IMG/VR virus record: IMGVR_UViG_3300028025_000563
Span: 1 to 58,017 of that record
Direction: 5' to 3' (one strand)
DNA length: 58,017 bases
Source of the DNA: a virus
Taxonomy: Duplodnaviria > Caudoviricetes
Shown: positions 37,311-47,386 of the stretch, in pieces
Position numbering within the stretch: the stretch's first letter is position 1
Layout: the number at the start of each line of letters is the position of its first letter
Made by a program: the position numbers and the translations under genes
The notes under the pieces: model-generated
The model's input: the letters and a program-made list of their open reading frames with translations, nothing else
Database searches by the model: none
What the model was told of the DNA's origin: nothing

Positions 37311-37313
37311 AAT

Positions 37314-37535
37314 TTATCCTAAAGCTATTTTGATCTCTTCTGGCGTAGAAGCAGCATCAATCTCTACCTGTATTGCAGCGTATCTATCTCTTATCTCTTG
37401 TCTTGCAGCTTCTGCGGCTGTAGCTTCACTAGGAATAGTCGCTTTAATATCTAGCGGTGCAAACTCCTCTGAACGTTTTAAGCGTCGTAGATCATGTGCA
37501 ATATTCTTAGCTTTGTCTATATTAATTACAATCAT
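37314..37535 (-). CDS. tail fibre assembly/chaperone-like protein
   Basis: MIVINIDKAK...RRLKRSEEFAPLD; start moved to 37535 (ATGA overlap). Confidence 0.65.
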   Translation of the reverse strand: MIVINIDKAKNIAHDLRRLKRSEEFAPLDIKATIPSEATAAEAARQEIRDRYAAIQVEIDAASTPEEIKIALG

Positions 37536-37723
37536 TCTGCGTACTCCCAAGCATTACGAAATGTTCTATCTGTAGGTATATCTGAAACGTCTACAATCTT
37601 GTATGGTTTACCCGCTGGCACATCTTTAGCAGCAATTTCTTCAATTGTTAAACCACATTCAGGAGCAGGTACTAGGATAGATACACCGCCTTCATCGTTT
37701 GGGTAAATTATTCTTTGGTTCAT
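37532..37723 (-). CDS. tail fibre-associated small protein
   Basis: IIY...IAAKDVPAG...DRTFRNAW. Confidence 0.7.
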   Translation of the reverse strand: MNQRIIYPNDEGGVSILVPAPECGLTIEEIAAKDVPAGKPYKIVDVSDIPTDRTFRNAWEYAE

Positions 37724-37732
37724 AGTTTTCCT

Positions 37733-38194
37733 TTATCTAAAAACAGCCAAAGAGTTGTAGTTAGAATCGCCCATTGCTGTATTTGCAGCATGATAATTAA
37801 CAATCCTAAACGAACCTACTAATGGGGCAGAATAAGTATTAGTAGCAGATAAAAATACATTCATTAATCCACCGTTAGTATTAGATGATGATTGAGTCGG
37901 CCCTGTTACAACGCAATAGTTAATATCTGGCATAGCAGTAGTAAAGTTAAATGTAAAATTACCAACTCCATTGTCGCCAATACTTGAGCAATTACCACTT
38001 GCGTAAATTGATACTGTGCCGGTGCTATTAAAGTTTACCCATGCACGAGCGGAATAAGATGGCGCACTTCCAGAGGCTGTAGATAACGCAGCAACAACGG
38101 GCGCACTCCAAGTATTATCCCCACGAAAAAATGTGGTGCTGTCTGGTGTACCTGTAGCGTTAATACCGACCGCTGGAATTTTACTTATTGGCAT
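37733..38194 (-). CDS. tail fibre tip module
   Basis: ATGTPDSTTFFRGD anchor; ARAWVNF...NFTTAMPD. Confidence 0.7.
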   Translation of the reverse strand: MPISKIPAVGINATGTPDSTTFFRGDNTWSAPVVAALSTASGSAPSYSARAWVNFNSTGTVSIYASGNCSSIGDNGVGNFTFNFTTAMPDINYCVVTGPTQSSSNTNGGLMNVFLSATNTYSAPLVGSFRIVNYHAANTAMGDSNYNSLAVFR

Positions 38195-38539
38195 TTAACT
38201 TACCTCTACCCATGATAATGTTGGCTCATCCCAGATATACAGTTTTCCATCGGTAGGCATTGGCGTTGGAGCGTTCCACAAGCAAGTCTCTTCATCTAAT
38301 AACCAACTAGCATAAGGTTGTGGTGGGATAAACGCATCACGCTCTCTATCGTATGTGTATCCAATACCTGCATAGTTCTTACGTAAAGGTCTACCTTCTG
38401 GATGCTGACCGCCTAAAGTGTTATAAGAAGTCTGTATCCACTCACCCGGAGATGTATCAATAAACGTGTTAAAGAATTCTTGTTCAGCCACAATGACTTG
38501 AGTAACAATTCCGTCAACAACTTTTGCAAAATGTGCCAT
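38195..38539 (-). CDS. tail fibre-associated protein
   Basis: MAHFAK...WIQTSYNT...RKNYAGIGYTYD, typically next to Gly-rich fibres. Confidence 0.75.
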   Translation of the reverse strand: MAHFAKVVDGIVTQVIVAEQEFFNTFIDTSPGEWIQTSYNTLGGQHPEGRPLRKNYAGIGYTYDRERDAFIPPQPYASWLLDEETCLWNAPTPMPTDGKLYIWDEPTLSWVEVS

Positions 38540-38549
38540 GTTTATTTCC

Positions 38550-40223
38550 TTACGCCGTATAAGAGCCAGAAGCTGTAAAAGTTAAAATAGTATTTGTACC
38601 ACTTGTTGTAACCGTTGGTGAACCAGTAGTTACGCCAGTATATCTAGCAGATGGGATAGATAAGATAACAACACCGGAACCACCTGCACCTCCGCCACCA
38701 AAGCCACCTCCGCCACCGCCACCTGTGTTAATAGACCCAGCAACACCGATAGTCGAGTAAATTGCACCCGTACCACCACCACCTAAACCGCCTGCGCCAG
38801 CAGTACCACCGCCTGCACCGCCACCACCACCAGAATAATAAGTAGCTGTACCTGTAATTGATGATTGGGTACCTATACCACCTGCACCGCCAACTGCAGC
38901 AGCACCAATTCCAGTTCCAGTACCGCCAACAGCACCTGCGCCACCCCCGCCACCCGCACCCGCACCGCCACCTGCACCGGGACCAGAATTACCGCCATTA
39001 TTACCCTGACCAGCAGTACCCGCACCGCCAATTGATGTTCCTGCAAATGCGGCACCAAAGCCACCACCACCTGATCCGCCCGGACCACCATTAGATGGAC
39101 TATAAGAAGGCCCCGTACCACCAGCGCCACCACCATTTGATGTTAATGAATTAAATGTACTGTTAACACCAACAACCCCCGGCGCGCCGTTACCAGCTCC
39201 AGCAGCGCCACCACCCCCAACGACGATTGGGTAATTTGTTCCTGAAGCAAGAGAAGTAACGCCGGTTAATAAACCGCCAGCACCACCACCACCTGCTCCT
39301 GAACCTGCAAAACCAAAACCACCGCCACCACCACCTGCTGCAATTAAATAGCTAATTGAATAAAAAGGAACTAAAGAACCAGAAGAAGTAAAGGTATGTA
39401 TTATATTGCCGCCTGATGATGTTACTGTGCCACCAGCAAATACTTGTGTACCAGCATAGCTAATAATAATTACACCTGAACCACCAGAACCACTTATACC
39501 TGCAGCATTATTTCCAAAAGAACCGCCACCACCTGCGCCAAGATTTGCGGTTCCAGCAGTTCCATTACCTGATCCACCACCTGCACCGCCACCACCCGCA
39601 CCGCCTGCTGTTGCCGCAACCCCTGATGATAATGATGAACCACCAACACCACCACCACCTGCATAAGTTATAGCAGAGCCTGATAATGAATTTGATGCTC
39701 CTGCACCACCTGCACCGCCACTTGTCCCTGCTGCTCCAGCACCACCACCTGAACCGCCACGCCAAGGAACGCCACTAGGCGCATTACCACCAGCATTACC
39801 TTGACCTGCTGTACCTGATCCACCTGTGTCTGTTGCTCCCGCACCTTGAACTCCAGCGCCACCACCTGAGCCACCGCTTACACCATTAGATACGCCCGGA
39901 GTTCCACCACCACCACGCCCTCCGCCGCCTCCACCTATTGATGTTACTGTAGCTAAACCTGTCCCTGAAACTACAGAATTTGTGCCAATAGAACCTGCAA
40001 CCGCCGTAGCCGTCCCTGCCCCACCTGCACCTACAGTAATATTGTATGCATTTGCGGTATTTAATGTAAATGTAGAAGTTAAAAAACCACCTGCTCCACC
40101 GCCACCGCCACCGCCACCACCCGCACCGCCACCACCAGCGCCACCACCAGCAATAATCAAATAGGACGCTGTTACTGGTACCCCAGTAGGAACACCAATA
40201 AAAAGCATTTGCTGGATTGTCAT
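38550..40223 (-). CDS. glycine-rich tail fibre protein, two tandem Gly-rich domains
   Basis: Two YLIxAGGG...GGSGVxI...FTxSG units. Confidence 0.8.
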   Translation of the reverse strand: MTIQQMLFIGVPTGVPVTASYLIIAGGGAGGGGAGGGGGGGGGAGGFLTSTFTLNTANAYNITVGAGGAGTATAVAGSIGTNSVVSGTGLATVTSIGGGGGGRGGGGTPGVSNGVSGGSGGGAGVQGAGATDTGGSGTAGQGNAGGNAPSGVPWRGGSGGGAGAAGTSGGAGGAGASNSLSGSAITYAGGGGVGGSSLSSGVAATAGGAGGGGAGGGSGNGTAGTANLGAGGGGSFGNNAAGISGSGGSGVIIISYAGTQVFAGGTVTSSGGNIIHTFTSSGSLVPFYSISYLIAAGGGGGGFGFAGSGAGGGGAGGLLTGVTSLASGTNYPIVVGGGGAAGAGNGAPGVVGVNSTFNSLTSNGGGAGGTGPSYSPSNGGPGGSGGGGFGAAFAGTSIGGAGTAGQGNNGGNSGPGAGGGAGAGGGGGAGAVGGTGTGIGAAAVGGAGGIGTQSSITGTATYYSGGGGGAGGGTAGAGGLGGGGTGAIYSTIGVAGSINTGGGGGGGFGGGGAGGSGVVILSIPSARYTGVTTGSPTVTTSGTNTILTFTASGSYTA

Positions 40224-40888
40224 GTTAGACCGGCACCAGAAATAACAGCAACGCTTGGAGTAATATAAATTAATGTCGCAATACCGTATAAACCTAAAGC
40301 TCTATTTCCTGTAATTGATGTAGTTTGCCCCGCCCATTGCAAAGTAACACCAGCACCTTGCGTAATTGTTTGACTTGATCCTGAATTGTTATAAATGGTA
40401 ATGATATTGCCAGCACTAAATATTGAATTTGGTACCGTTACGCCACCAGTAGTGATGGATATAGTCTTACCCGCATCGCCAGCAACTAATACGTATGCGC
40501 CAGTTTGTGAATTAATTGTTGATCCGGTTGCATTAAACGTTACAGCCGCTGATCCATTAAAAGCAGCATTTGCAGTTAAACCTGTACCAGCTGTTAAAGC
40601 GTTTGATAATGTCGGTAGAACAATAACAGCACTTTGCAGTGTTGTAGATAAGTACCTAACGTAAACGTTATTTGTTCCGCTAGATGGCGCAGCGCTTATT
40701 GTTAGCGTTGAACCTAAAACTGTATATTCGCTAGGCTGTTGTTCTACATTATTTACTACAACTAAAATATCATTGGAAGTATTGACTGGCCTACTAAGCG
40801 CAAAAACAGTCTGCGAGCCAGTACCACTGAATGTATCAGTACCAGCTATAAAACTTTGAGTTGTAGGAGTCGAGCCAATATATGCCAT
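40220..40888 (-). CDS. tail fibre protein
   Basis: MAYIGSTP...FSGTGSQTVF anchor; start moved from 40918 to 40888. Confidence 0.7.
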   Translation of the reverse strand: MAYIGSTPTTQSFIAGTDTFSGTGSQTVFALSRPVNTSNDILVVVNNVEQQPSEYTVLGSTLTISAAPSSGTNNVYVRYLSTTLQSAVIVLPTLSNALTAGTGLTANAAFNGSAAVTFNATGSTINSQTGAYVLVAGDAGKTISITTGGVTVPNSIFSAGNIITIYNNSGSSQTITQGAGVTLQWAGQTTSITGNRALGLYGIATLIYITPSVAVISGAGLT

Positions 40889-41214
40889 TAGGTGATCTCC
40901 AGCAATGAACAGAAACAATCTCCAGAAGCAGCGGAGCTATTAACGACATACAACACATCTGCTGGTTCAAGTACAACTTTTTGGTCACCGCCAACTATAA
41001 CTAATGATGAGCCTATTGGAACCGTAGCGCCCTCTATTAAATAATAATTAACCGCTGAACGAGTAACGTAAGCATCTGTTGTAATTGGTGACGGTGATGT
41101 ATTAGCCATAGACAAGCCAATAATTGTTGTTTGCGTAGAAGCTGGGCAGGTATATACCAAAGCTGGTGACGTACCTACGTTTTTTGATGGGTAACTTTTA
41201 AATAGATTTGCCAT
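40888..41214 (-). CDS. virion structural protein
   Basis: MANLFK...VYTCP...KVVLE...SLLEIT beta protein. Confidence 0.7.
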   Translation of the reverse strand: MANLFKSYPSKNVGTSPALVYTCPASTQTTIIGLSMANTSPSPITTDAYVTRSAVNYYLIEGATVPIGSSLVIVGGDQKVVLEPADVLYVVNSSAASGDCFCSLLEIT

Positions 41215-41217
41215 GTT

Positions 41218-42795
41218 TTATCCTAATGCAATCGCTAAAGCCACTGCTGTGCCAGCGGGATCGACCTGAAGATTCGTTTGTGCGCCAGCTACTGTAGTAG
41301 CCCCTGTACCGCCATTTACTAAATTTAATGTACCTGCTAAAGTAATTGTGCCGCTAGTAGTAATTGGACCACCGGAAGTTGTTAAACCTGTAGTACCACC
41401 AGACACATTCACCGATGAAACAGAACCTACTGCGCCAGCAACCGCAATTGTAATACTGCCATCACCATTAGTAACAGATATGTTAGACCCAGCAGTAATT
41501 GTAGTTTTAGTCAAGCTACCAGCAGTGTTACCAATTAGTATCTGACCATTTGTGTAAGTAGTCTGGCCTGTGCCGCCATACGCAGTAGCAATCGTAGTGC
41601 CTTGCCACGTACCTGAATTAATCGTACCCACACCTGTTAGCTGACTATACCCACCAATTAATCTACCTGATGGCAAAGTCCCTGATGTAATGTTTGACGC
41701 ATTGGTAGTATCCGTTGTGGCAGATGCAGCTAAACCAGACACCGCAGCAGCAGATATAGAGATTGCCGTGTTGGTTACAGATGTAAGCTGACCTTGTGCG
41801 TTTACCGCAAATACAGGAACCTGAGAGGCTGACCCGTATGTAGTGGCGGTTACACCTGTGTTGGCAATATTAAATGTATATGTTGGGGATTCGTTTAAAC
41901 CTGTACCCGCCGTGTAGGAAAGCGGTGCGGCAAACTGCTGAAAAACAATCGCCGTTGTACCAATTGTTATCGGGGGTGGAGTCTGCTGCACCCAAGCGGT
42001 ATTTACGTTAGCTATACCACTTGTGACTAAAAAGAAATCGCCCTCGTCAATCTGGTTAACTCCAGTGCCAACAGTATTAAAATCCGTAGCACGAGTTAGT
42101 ATGTATGGCGTTCCAGCAGAGCCTACTTGCGTAACAGTGTAAACACCGTTATGTGCGCCATTTACTTGATTTTTTACCAGTATTCGATTTGTGACGACAG
42201 TGAGCGTTGAGTCCACAGACAGAGCGCCGTTAGCGGTTGCCGTAAGTGTAGCCCCTACTCCAGATGCGCCATTGTTATAGGTGTTTGCTGGTAACGCTGT
42301 TGTTGTCGCCAATTCCACTGCTTCATGGAAGTGAATACCAGATGCAATAGCGTCAGCGTATTGCTTATTAACAATGTCTGTATTAGATACTGGGGCTGCG
42401 GTAATTGTGCCAGACGTTAGTGCTATTGAGTTTGCTGTTATCGCATTAAAGGCTTGCTGTACCGTATAGGTATTAGCGGAGTCTCTATAAACCGAACGCC
42501 CTGCTGGATAGGTAACAAATACGTCTTTACTACCTGTGGTAAACGAGACTAACGCACCGCCATTAGATGACGATAAAACTGTATCACGGGAAAGCGTATT
42601 ACCAGAGGATGTGTACGTACCAATACCAACTTCCCACGAACCAGTAGATTGATGGTAGATCGTGTAGTACGTGGTGTTACCGTTGCCAATAACGGAGAAA
42701 GCCTGAAAACCACTTACCGCGCCATTGAGGGTTATGGTTCCCGTACCGTTTGTCGTTGTAAGTTCTCGTACTCGGTCGAGTAATACTAATGCCAT
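41218..42795 (-). CDS. major tail fibre protein
   Basis: MALVLLDRVRE start, RILVKNQ...NGVY...LTRATD domain, GGTG repeats, ALAIALG end. Confidence 0.8.
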   Translation of the reverse strand: MALVLLDRVRELTTTNGTGTITLNGAVSGFQAFSVIGNGNTTYYTIYHQSTGSWEVGIGTYTSSGNTLSRDTVLSSSNGGALVSFTTGSKDVFVTYPAGRSVYRDSANTYTVQQAFNAITANSIALTSGTITAAPVSNTDIVNKQYADAIASGIHFHEAVELATTTALPANTYNNGASGVGATLTATANGALSVDSTLTVVTNRILVKNQVNGAHNGVYTVTQVGSAGTPYILTRATDFNTVGTGVNQIDEGDFFLVTSGIANVNTAWVQQTPPPITIGTTAIVFQQFAAPLSYTAGTGLNESPTYTFNIANTGVTATTYGSASQVPVFAVNAQGQLTSVTNTAISISAAAVSGLAASATTDTTNASNITSGTLPSGRLIGGYSQLTGVGTINSGTWQGTTIATAYGGTGQTTYTNGQILIGNTAGSLTKTTITAGSNISVTNGDGSITIAVAGAVGSVSSVNVSGGTTGLTTSGGPITTSGTITLAGTLNLVNGGTGATTVAGAQTNLQVDPAGTAVALAIALG

Positions 42796-42804
42796 GTTAC
42801 CCTC

Positions 42805-43287
42805 TTATGAGTTATCTATTTGCGTCCATATTGTTGGCTGCGAATTATCTATCTGTGTCCACGTTGTAGCCTGCGCATTATTTATCTGTACCCAGTTTGC
42901 ATTTTGGTATGTATCAATCGTATCCCAACGTACACGACCATCAATTATATCTACACCTAAAAATGCTTCGGCGATAACAACTAAAAAATCAACCTGCGAA
43001 TTTATTACGTCTTCAAACGCTACCGTCTCAGCTAATACTGGACCAAAATCTACCTGACTATTTATTGCATCAATAACCGCAATTGCTTCAGAAAGGTTTG
43101 CGTCAACGCCTATTCTTGCGTCTATTGCATCTAATACAGCTATTGAATCCTGTACCGTTAAAAATACCCCTACACTACCTACTTGTGAATCTGTTACTGC
43201 AATTGAATCTTCCATGTCCACAAAGTACATATTCTCATCGCCTATGGCGGAGAACGGAGCAGAAGCAATTGAGTCAAATCCAAACAT
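42805..43287 (-). CDS. virion structural protein
   Basis: MFG...APFS start, WxQI repeats at C-terminus. Confidence 0.65.
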   Translation of the reverse strand: MFGFDSIASAPFSAIGDENMYFVDMEDSIAVTDSQVGSVGVFLTVQDSIAVLDAIDARIGVDANLSEAIAVIDAINSQVDFGPVLAETVAFEDVINSQVDFLVVIAEAFLGVDIIDGRVRWDTIDTYQNANWVQINNAQATTWTQIDNSQPTIWTQIDNS

Positions 43288-43793
43288 TACGTCGCATCAG
43301 CAGAGAATGTGTAAGTCACGTTAATCGTATCGCCATTAACAACAGCACGGTCGCCCACAGTAAAGTTACCAGCAGATAGTAATGTACCTACTGTGCCGCC
43401 TTTAGTATTATCAGTAGTAATAAAACCACCAGCAATCGTTGCTGAACCCGTCATGGAAAATACGATAGGTGCGGTAGTCTGGATTACCGAAGGATCAGCC
43501 GCTGTAGGTACAGTGAACGTCATAGCTGGTCTAGATGCTTGCAAATACAATGTATTCTCAGTCCATCCACTATGCGATGCCATCGTGTTTGATCCAGCGT
43601 AAGTAGCGCCAGTATTTACCAAACCCATGAACCATGATGCCGTATATGTAGATGCTTTAAATACCTGTTGGTTAATGAACTGTAAACCTTCGTTTACGAC
43701 AAGGTTATGGAACTCTTCAGTCCACTTCACATTACCATCAGCATCACGGCACTCTACCGTAAACACACCACCAAAACCTGCTTTGCTGTCCAT
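43287..43793 (-). CDS. virion structural protein
   Basis: HNLVVNEG...GDTINVTY. Confidence 0.7.
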   Translation of the reverse strand: MDSKAGFGGVFTVECRDADGNVKWTEEFHNLVVNEGLQFINQQVFKASTYTASWFMGLVNTGATYAGSNTMASHSGWTENTLYLQASRPAMTFTVPTAADPSVIQTTAPIVFSMTGSATIAGGFITTDNTKGGTVGTLLSAGNFTVGDRAVVNGDTINVTYTFSADAT

Positions 43794-43802
43794 AATATTT
43801 CC

Positions 43803-44228
43803 TTAAACAAATCTTAAAAGTGCTGTAGACGCTGTATTAACTGGCATTGTTACCGTATTGTTAGCGGCTGTAAATAGCTTGTCCGAACCAAAATCCAATA
43901 CTGCAATCGACTTATTACTCTGTGTACTGTTATATATCAACGCGCCACGAGCAGTAAACGAAGCACCGGGCCAAGACACATTATTAAAGCTTACATACAC
44001 CGTATTGGTAGCTACATCTGTGGAAATCGTAACACCAGTAATTGTGACTCCACCTGCTGTATACCCAGTGCCTACCACCTCATCCGTTGTGGTGTACACA
44101 GTTGTTGATGGATTTAAAGTTGCATACGATGTATACAAAGCCATCTTTAAAGTGTTTGAAGCCAAGTTTTGACCACCTTGGACAATCTCACTTCTAAAAC
44201 TTAACGTCTGACCTTGTTGTATAGGCAT
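43803..44228 (-). CDS. virion structural protein
   Basis: KMALYT...GYTAGG...ARGALIYN...VLDFGSDK. Confidence 0.75.
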   Translation of the reverse strand: MPIQQGQTLSFRSEIVQGGQNLASNTLKMALYTSYATLNPSTTVYTTTDEVVGTGYTAGGVTITGVTISTDVATNTVYVSFNNVSWPGASFTARGALIYNSTQSNKSIAVLDFGSDKLFTAANNTVTMPVNTASTALLRFV

Positions 44229-44833
44229 TATGAAACCCTGTTATGTTTTCTTACATTATCCAACCACGGGATAACTTGTAAATTTACTGGTACATGTAAG
44301 CCTGAAACCGTAGCACCCTGCAAAGGCAAAACATGATCAACATGCCAACCAAACCCAAACATTTCAGTTCTAAGTTTAGCAAGTTTATATGCTTCGCGCA
44401 TTACCCAAATATCATCTTCTGTTAGCCAAGCCGGTGTTCTTTGCAGCTTTGCAGCTTGTCTACGCCTCACATATTCTGCCTGTATTTCTTTTGTATTCTG
44501 TCTATATGCTTTCATTGTAGCTATCCGTTTTTCACGGTTTTCAACTACATACTTCTTATTTCGTTCAACAATTATTTCTTTATTAGCTGCTTTGTATTTC
44601 TTTAGCCAGCCTACACGTTGCTCTACTGGGTATTCAGACCATTTCTTTTTTGGCTTTCTACCTTTAGCCAATTTTGCTTCTCTTTTTGCTAACAGTACAG
44701 GGTCAATACTTTTTTTATATCTTCTCTCTTCATTAATACATTCAAGACATTTTCTCAAATAATGCTGTTTTGCCTTTACAAAACGAAAGGCAGTTACCGG
44801 TTTTTCAGTACAGCATTTAATGCACGTTTTCAT
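44228..44833 (-). CDS. HNH endonuclease
   Basis: N-terminal CxxC; RRRQAAKLQRTPAWL; WHVDHVLPLQG..VSGLHVPVNLQVI. Confidence 0.88.
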   Translation of the reverse strand: MKTCIKCCTEKPVTAFRFVKAKQHYLRKCLECINEERRYKKSIDPVLLAKREAKLAKGRKPKKKWSEYPVEQRVGWLKKYKAANKEIIVERNKKYVVENREKRIATMKAYRQNTKEIQAEYVRRRQAAKLQRTPAWLTEDDIWVMREAYKLAKLRTEMFGFGWHVDHVLPLQGATVSGLHVPVNLQVIPWLDNVRKHNRVS

Positions 44834-45768
44834 GGCGAAACTTTGATCTTGGCCTGACCATCGCGGTACGCATCACCACGCTCAAGACCAGTACCCAGAC
44901 GATTCAATTGAGCCAAAGCATCTTGGAATTTCTTTTCATAGAAAGACATAATATCTTGCTCGCCCTTCATGAACGTATACGCCTCTACCAAAGATCCATA
45001 TAACAATACTGGATCGTAGTTATCGCCCAGCCATGATGTACCAGTAGTATTCGTTACTTCTGAAACAGTTATTTGGAATCCAGAACCAACGCCTAAATCT
45101 ACTTGGCTTGCGCTTAACACATCACCCACAACGTACAATGAGCCGCCGCTAGTAAGAACTACGTTAGTAACTATACCGCCCACAACAGTAATATTAGCTG
45201 TAGCTCCAGAACCAGAGCCACCAGTTAAAGGCACGTTAAAGTAGTTACCACTTGCGTATCCTGTGCCACCATTTAAACCACTAAACAAATTAAGAATACC
45301 CTGCACAATAGATACTGGGTAATAGTAATAGTGCATCTCAACAGAGTAAGCTGCGTCAGGAGTAGGGCCAAGAATAAAACTCAACTCATTAGTGATCTGT
45401 AATCCAGGAGTGGTTGTGGCTCCAAACAAAGCATAGTACTTAGGAACGCCAGTATCGCTTGGTGTTGGATAAGATTCGCGAATAAAGTTCACATCTTTGT
45501 TTAAAAGATATGTGTACGTTGGGGTTCCTGTATCGTAACCCTCAATCACCGCTAGAGAAAATACTGACAAAAAGTCAGACGGTGCAGATAGGTATTTATT
45601 GCCACCTACCAATACACCAGTCTGATTTCTACGTAGAGGCGGTATCTGAACGCTGTTGTAAATGCGCTTCTCTGCCTGTTGAACAAACACAGGCATACTC
45701 TCCAAAAACTCTGTTTCAAAGTTCTGGGTATAAGAAGTTATTGCAGATACTAGTTCTGAATACGTCAT
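44830..45768 (-). CDS. head-tail adaptor / tubular protein A-like with internal insertion
   Basis: FVQQAEKRIY, GVPKYYA, GPTPD, LLYGSLVEAY. Confidence 0.7.
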   Translation of the reverse strand: MTYSELVSAITSYTQNFETEFLESMPVFVQQAEKRIYNSVQIPPLRRNQTGVLVGGNKYLSAPSDFLSVFSLAVIEGYDTGTPTYTYLLNKDVNFIRESYPTPSDTGVPKYYALFGATTTPGLQITNELSFILGPTPDAAYSVEMHYYYYPVSIVQGILNLFSGLNGGTGYASGNYFNVPLTGGSGSGATANITVVGGIVTNVVLTSGGSLYVVGDVLSASQVDLGVGSGFQITVSEVTNTTGTSWLGDNYDPVLLYGSLVEAYTFMKGEQDIMSFYEKKFQDALAQLNRLGTGLERGDAYRDGQAKIKVSP

Positions 45769-45771
45769 TTA

Positions 45772-46029
45772 TTAACCCATTGGGCCTCGTGCCATTACAC
45801 CTTTGGTTGCAGCACCAGTGCCGCGAATCTTAATACCTGAAGTCTTTGGTTCCTTGTAATTGCCTTTGCTAATGTTGCCAGCAGAAATGTTCATTTCTTT
45901 CATAACATTTGAACCAGCTTCATTTTTAACTTCAGCTTTTACAGTCTTGCCTGTCATGGTATGTGGCTGGGCATAAACAGAAGCATCACCTACTTCTTTG
46001 CCGCCTACCTTCTTAGAAAATTTAGCCAT
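45772..46029 (-). CDS. small basic virion-region protein
   Basis: Lys-rich; ends RGTGAATKGVMARGPMG. Confidence 0.75.
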   Translation of the reverse strand: MAKFSKKVGGKEVGDASVYAQPHTMTGKTVKAEVKNEAGSNVMKEMNISAGNISKGNYKEPKTSGIKIRGTGAATKGVMARGPMG

Positions 46030-46205
46030 TATTTACCTCTTGAAGTAGACTTCTGGTTCATCGCACGAGCTAAATTACGACCGTATTTTCTCATTGCTTC
46101 GCCAGTAACGCCACCCTTTGCCATCTTATGCATACGGCCTTCGTGACCTTTTACAGCCTTGCTTGCCTCTTTGTCAGCAATACGTTTAACTTGTTTTGCG
46201 TCCAT
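46029..46205 (-). CDS. small basic protein (58 aa)
   Basis: Not in track; MDAKQVK...MAKGGVT...GRNLARAMNQ; AGGA RBS, TAATG overlap. Confidence 0.75.
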   Translation of the reverse strand: MDAKQVKRIADKEASKAVKGHEGRMHKMAKGGVTGEAMRKYGRNLARAMNQKSTSRGK

Positions 46206-46214
46206 TTCCTACTC

Positions 46215-46637
46215 CTAAGTTATTGTTACCGTTCCTACTTCGCATGCTACTGCCAATGCGTTCGGAGTTAATAATGCATCAAATCCACTTGCCCCACCAA
46301 CGGGCGCCCAACCCCACTGGAATACCCTACTACCACCCGCTGGATAACCATCTTCATCTAACAATGGACCCGGAATATTAGTTATCTGCAATCCACTTAA
46401 ACCAGATTGATAATAACTTGTGTCTGGTCTTGGTTCTCTTACAGCTTGCGGATCATTCACTGGATATAAACCCAACGATAACTGAGGCTGATCCGGCTCC
46501 CAACAGGTATGGCATACTTTGATGCTGACCTGTTTAGTCTTAATCGTGAGCTTACGCAGCTCTGTTAACTTGTACCTAAATCCACATCGATCACACTCGG
46601 CAATCGAATTTTTACCTGATGCATATTTACTTCCCAT
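46215..46637 (-). CDS. zinc-finger virion-region protein
   Basis: ECDRCGFRY...VCHTCWEPDQPQL...DPQAVREPRPD. Confidence 0.75.
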   Translation of the reverse strand: MGSKYASGKNSIAECDRCGFRYKLTELRKLTIKTKQVSIKVCHTCWEPDQPQLSLGLYPVNDPQAVREPRPDTSYYQSGLSGLQITNIPGPLLDEDGYPAGGSRVFQWGWAPVGGASGFDALLTPNALAVACEVGTVTIT

Positions 46638-46640
46638 ACA

Positions 46641-47384
46641 TCACCTATAGAAGGTCATGCGTGGTACATAGCGATCAGGTGCTTTCTCTCTATCTTCAGA
46701 TGCAGCTAAATCCCATGACTCATCGTACTGGGATTTCAACATCATAATTCTGTCTGGCGATACTTCCGGTAACTTCATTGACAATTTGTAAGCCAATCCA
46801 GCAACTAATGCACTTTGCATACGGAATGGAATTTCTTCAACATTCGCGCCATTACCTGCATCTACTATTCTACGTAAGCGCCAGTAAACAAAATAATAGT
46901 AAGGAGCAGCTAATGTTCCCTGATCTGGTGATGGCCAGATATTAATTTGCGGAACTTTAGGAGTGGCTCCAACAGCATTAGATGTTTGCCCAGAACGGCG
47001 GTTTACCCACACCTGAATTGGACGACCCTGCGCCAACTTATTCGGAATAGTTGAATAAGTAGATACGCTAATACGACTAATGTTTATATCAGTCTGGTTA
47101 GAAATCTGTCCGGGATCAGTGCGAATAACATGTTCAATAAGATCAACGGTATCATTAGGAAGATCATATATGTACTGTCCTTGTATTAACGGGATTTGAC
47201 CTTGCTCGATTGTCCACAAGTTAATGCCACGATTAGCCCACTCGGTAATAAGCAGGTTTAAACTACGGCGAGCAGTACGGAATTGATATCCAGTACGCAG
47301 CTCCACACCACAGCGCTCATACGCCTCTTCCATCAACTCATTGAGATCAGGATTAAATGCAGTGGTAGAAGTAGTTACTGCCAT
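46641..47384 (-). CDS. head-tail connector / adaptor protein
   Basis: EEAYERCG, ARRSLNL..EWANRGINLWT, GRPIQ, AGLAY, EDRE. Confidence 0.7.
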   Translation of the reverse strand: MAVTTSTTAFNPDLNELMEEAYERCGVELRTGYQFRTARRSLNLLITEWANRGINLWTIEQGQIPLIQGQYIYDLPNDTVDLIEHVIRTDPGQISNQTDINISRISVSTYSTIPNKLAQGRPIQVWVNRRSGQTSNAVGATPKVPQINIWPSPDQGTLAAPYYYFVYWRLRRIVDAGNGANVEEIPFRMQSALVAGLAYKLSMKLPEVSPDRIMMLKSQYDESWDLAASEDREKAPDRYVPRMTFYR

Positions 47385-47386
47385 AA

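Noticed and set aside
36278-40164. Poly-Pro and other alternate-frame ORFs and CCACCACC runs in the fibre region
   Set aside because: They are shadows of GGT/GGC glycine codons in the Gly-rich fibre genes.
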